Assembly: GCA_964016885.1 (NCBI GenBank)
Contig: OZ024743.1
Span: 128,278,001 to 128,342,000 of the forward strand
Length of the DNA stretch: 64,000 nt
DNA from: Eledone cirrhosa
Taxonomy: Eukaryota
Reading direction: 5' to 3'
A program made the position numbers and the translations under genes. The notes beneath the pieces are model-generated. The model saw nothing but the letters and a program-made list of their open reading frames with translations. It was not told the origin of the DNA and searched no databases. Positions 61,110-64,000 of this stretch are shown one piece after another (position 1 is the stretch's first letter; every line of letters starts with the position of its first letter).

Positions 61110-64000
61110 ATACTATTGCTGGCGATCTAAACGGCCACGTTGGACAACATAGTGATGGCTATGATAGAATCCATGGAGGCTATGGGGTTTGAAATAGAAA
61201 TGAGGAAGGCTTCAGAATCCTGAAATTCTGTGACGCCAATAACCTAACTATCTGTAACACAAACTTCAAAAAATGTGAAAACCACTTGATCACCTATAGA
61301 TTAGGGGAACACGCCAGCCAGATAAATTATATCCTTACTAGAAGACGGGACAAAGTGTCTGTTGTAAACACTAAATCCCTCCCCCATGAAGAATGCACCT
61401 CCCAACATAGCCTAGTAGTTAGTGACCTCACAGTCAGGAATAGATGTACTCGACGACAGAGGAGGCCTACCTTCAGGAGAAGAATATGGAAGTTGAAGGA
61501 CCCCATAGCCAGTGACAAATTTAAAAGTTTATTACTTGATGCCTTTGACAATAAGGAAGAGCAATTAGAGATGTGCGATATAGAGGAACAGTGGCAATTC
61601 TTGAAAGTGAACCTGCTGAAAGCAACGGATGAAATCTGTGGCTGGAGCAGACCTATTGGCAGGAGGAGAGTAACTTGGTGGTGGAACAGTAAGGTAGAAG
61701 AGACAATCAAGGCCAAAAAGCAGGCTTGGAAAGTATGGCAGGATGGGGGAAGTAGAGAGCACTATCAAGTGACCAGGAGAAAAGCTAGGAGACAAGTGTA
61801 CCTTGCAAAAAGGGAAGCAGAGGAAAGAAAGTTCAAGCATGTTCTACAACGTGAGGACCAAAAACGTGAGGTGTTCAGGATTGCTAGACAATGTGTCAAG
61901 GAAAACCGTGATATTGTCGGGGAGAAGTGGGTCCATAATGATAACGCTGTACTTGCTCTCACTGATGCTGATAAGAAGATATCCTGGAAGTGTCACTACG
62001 AGAGACTATTAAATGAGGAGAATAAGTGGGAAAAAGATAGTCTGCCCCAAATCGATCCAATAGAAGGATCAGCGGTGCAAGTTAAAGGTAGTATAATAAG
62101 TAAGGCAATCAAAGATATGAAGACAGGTAAGGCAGCTGGGCCTTCGGAGATAGTTGCTGAGATGTTGAAGGCATCTGGAATGGTGGGACATACTATGGTC
62201 ACCCATATAGTTAACCAAGTAATACAGAATGGGGTCATACCAAAAGACTGTCGAAGCAGCATCACCATTACTACTACAAGGGTAAAGGAGATGCTCTAGA
62301 TAGAGGAAACTATAGAGGCATTAAGTTAGTTGACTAGGTCATGAAGGTCACAGAAAGAGTTATAGCACAACTAATCAGAGAGCGGATTGATCTAGATGAA
62401 ATGCAGTTTGGATTTGTGTCAGGTAAAAGTACCACAGACGCTCTTTTCCTTGTACGACAACTACAAGAAAAGTAACTAGCTAAAAGTAAACCCCCTCTAC
62501 TTAGCTTTTGTAGACCTAAAAGCCTTTGACAGAGTCCCCCACTTCATTATCTGGTGGGCTCTTAGAAAACTAGGTGTAGATGAATGGCTTGTGAGAGCTA
62601 TACAAGCTATGTATAATGAAACAGTCAGCAAGGTTAGAATTAACAATGAATATTGTGAAGAATTTAGTGTAAAAGTTGGTGTTCACCAAGGCTCTGTCTT
62701 TAGCCCCCTTCTATTTATTATTGCCCTTCAGGCTATAACAGAGGAGTTCATGACCGGCTGCCCATGGGAACTCCTATACGCAGATGATCTAATGCTCATA
62801 GCTGAATCAATGGCTGAACTAGAAAAGAAATGCCAAACATGGAAGCATGGCCTAGAATCAAAAGGCCTTAAAGTTAACTTGTCTAAGACTAAAGTCCTAG
62901 TTTGTAGAAAGGAAAATAAGGCACAGGTACCCTCAGGGAAATGGTCTTGCTCAGTATGTCCCAAATGCAAACTATGGGTACATAAAAGATGTAGTGGGAT
63001 CACAGATAAACTATCTAAGAACGTAGACTTTATATGTGGCCGATGCTCAGATGCAATAGGTAGCAAGTGTCCACAGGATACTAGCCCCTTCTATTGCCCA
63101 GATGGTTCTATAGAAATAGTAGACACTTTCCGTTATCTGGGTGACAAAATCAGCAGTGGTGGAGGGCGTTCTGAAAGTACAGTTGCCAGAGTCAGAACGG
63201 GATGGAAAAAGTTCAGAGAGCTTATACCGCTGTTGGCCACAAAAGGTTTCTCTCTAAAAATGAAAGGCAGATTGTATGATGCTTGTATAGGAACAGCAAT
63301 ACTACATGGCAGTGAGACATGGGCACTGCGTGCAGAGGAGCTGCGTAGACTGGAAAGGAACGAAGCATGCATGCTCTGTTGGATGTGTAATAGTAACATA
63401 CGTGAACGGCAAAGCATAAATGAACTAAGTGAGAAATTAGGAATAAGAGGGATCAGATGCTGTTTACTCGAGAGTATGGCCACGTGATGCGCATGAAAGA
63501 CGACAGCTGTATAAAAAAGTGCAGGGCGATCAAAATTGATGGTAGTTACGGAGTAGGTAGACCCAGAAAAACCTGAGACAATCTGATAAATTCCGACCTT
63601 ACACACTTGCACCTCTCTAAGACAATGTCACTGGACCGAGATCTTTGGCGCTACGCAGTAATACAGAAGACCCGCCTTGCCTATGTACAAAGCGAAACCT
63701 ACAGTCAGTAGGCACTTCTTAACCAAATATACACCCCAACCCACTACCCCTACCCTATCCTCCCATCAACATCACCCTCTCTTTATAAAGTTGGTACCAC
63801 AACATCCAGTCCAAATAAAGGAGATAATGAGATCGAGATCGAGATCGTGTAGATGTCACGAGAAAAAACACACAGTCCACACTGTAATGTGGCCATGTAG
63901 GTAACACGGTAAAAAGTTCCCAGTTCCACACTGTAAATGTGGTTGGTGTTAGGAAGGGCATCCAGCCATAGAAAACCTGCCAGATAGTCCTATATGAGCG
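61110..64000 (+). mobile_element. RTE LINE (third family): APE + RT + PHD-like finger + 3' UTR; multiple stops and frameshifts; runs off the window end
   Basis: IAGDLNGHVG, NEEG.RIL.FC, SQINYIL, TWWWN, QFGF, GVHQGSVFSPLLF, LYADDL, HGSETW. Confidence 0.93.

Overview
AT-rich eukaryotic DNA that is almost entirely repeats. The SINE/RTE/microsatellite makeup looks like an octopod cephalopod; that is an inference from repeat content, not a database result. No host protein-coding gene can be supported. Contents: many RTE-clade LINE copies (several families, with a PHD-like Cys/His finger after the RT core); two tRNA-derived SINE families, one sharing the RTE 3' tail; Penelope-like elements (PLEs), including a Naiad-type RT+GIY-YIG ORF; CR1, CRE-like and Tx1/L1-like 3' fragments; a full-length mariner with ~103-bp TIRs; a rosa-like Tc1/mariner remnant; non-autonomous Helitrons; pogo- and piggyBac-like MITEs; and long microsatellites. 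The most interesting signal is non-coding. About a dozen type I hammerhead ribozyme (HHR) motifs sit in PLE terminal remnants. Four of them carry unrelated, internally paired 70-102 nt helix II domains that standard HHR searches could miss. All calls were made by eye, and boundaries of decayed repeats are approximate.
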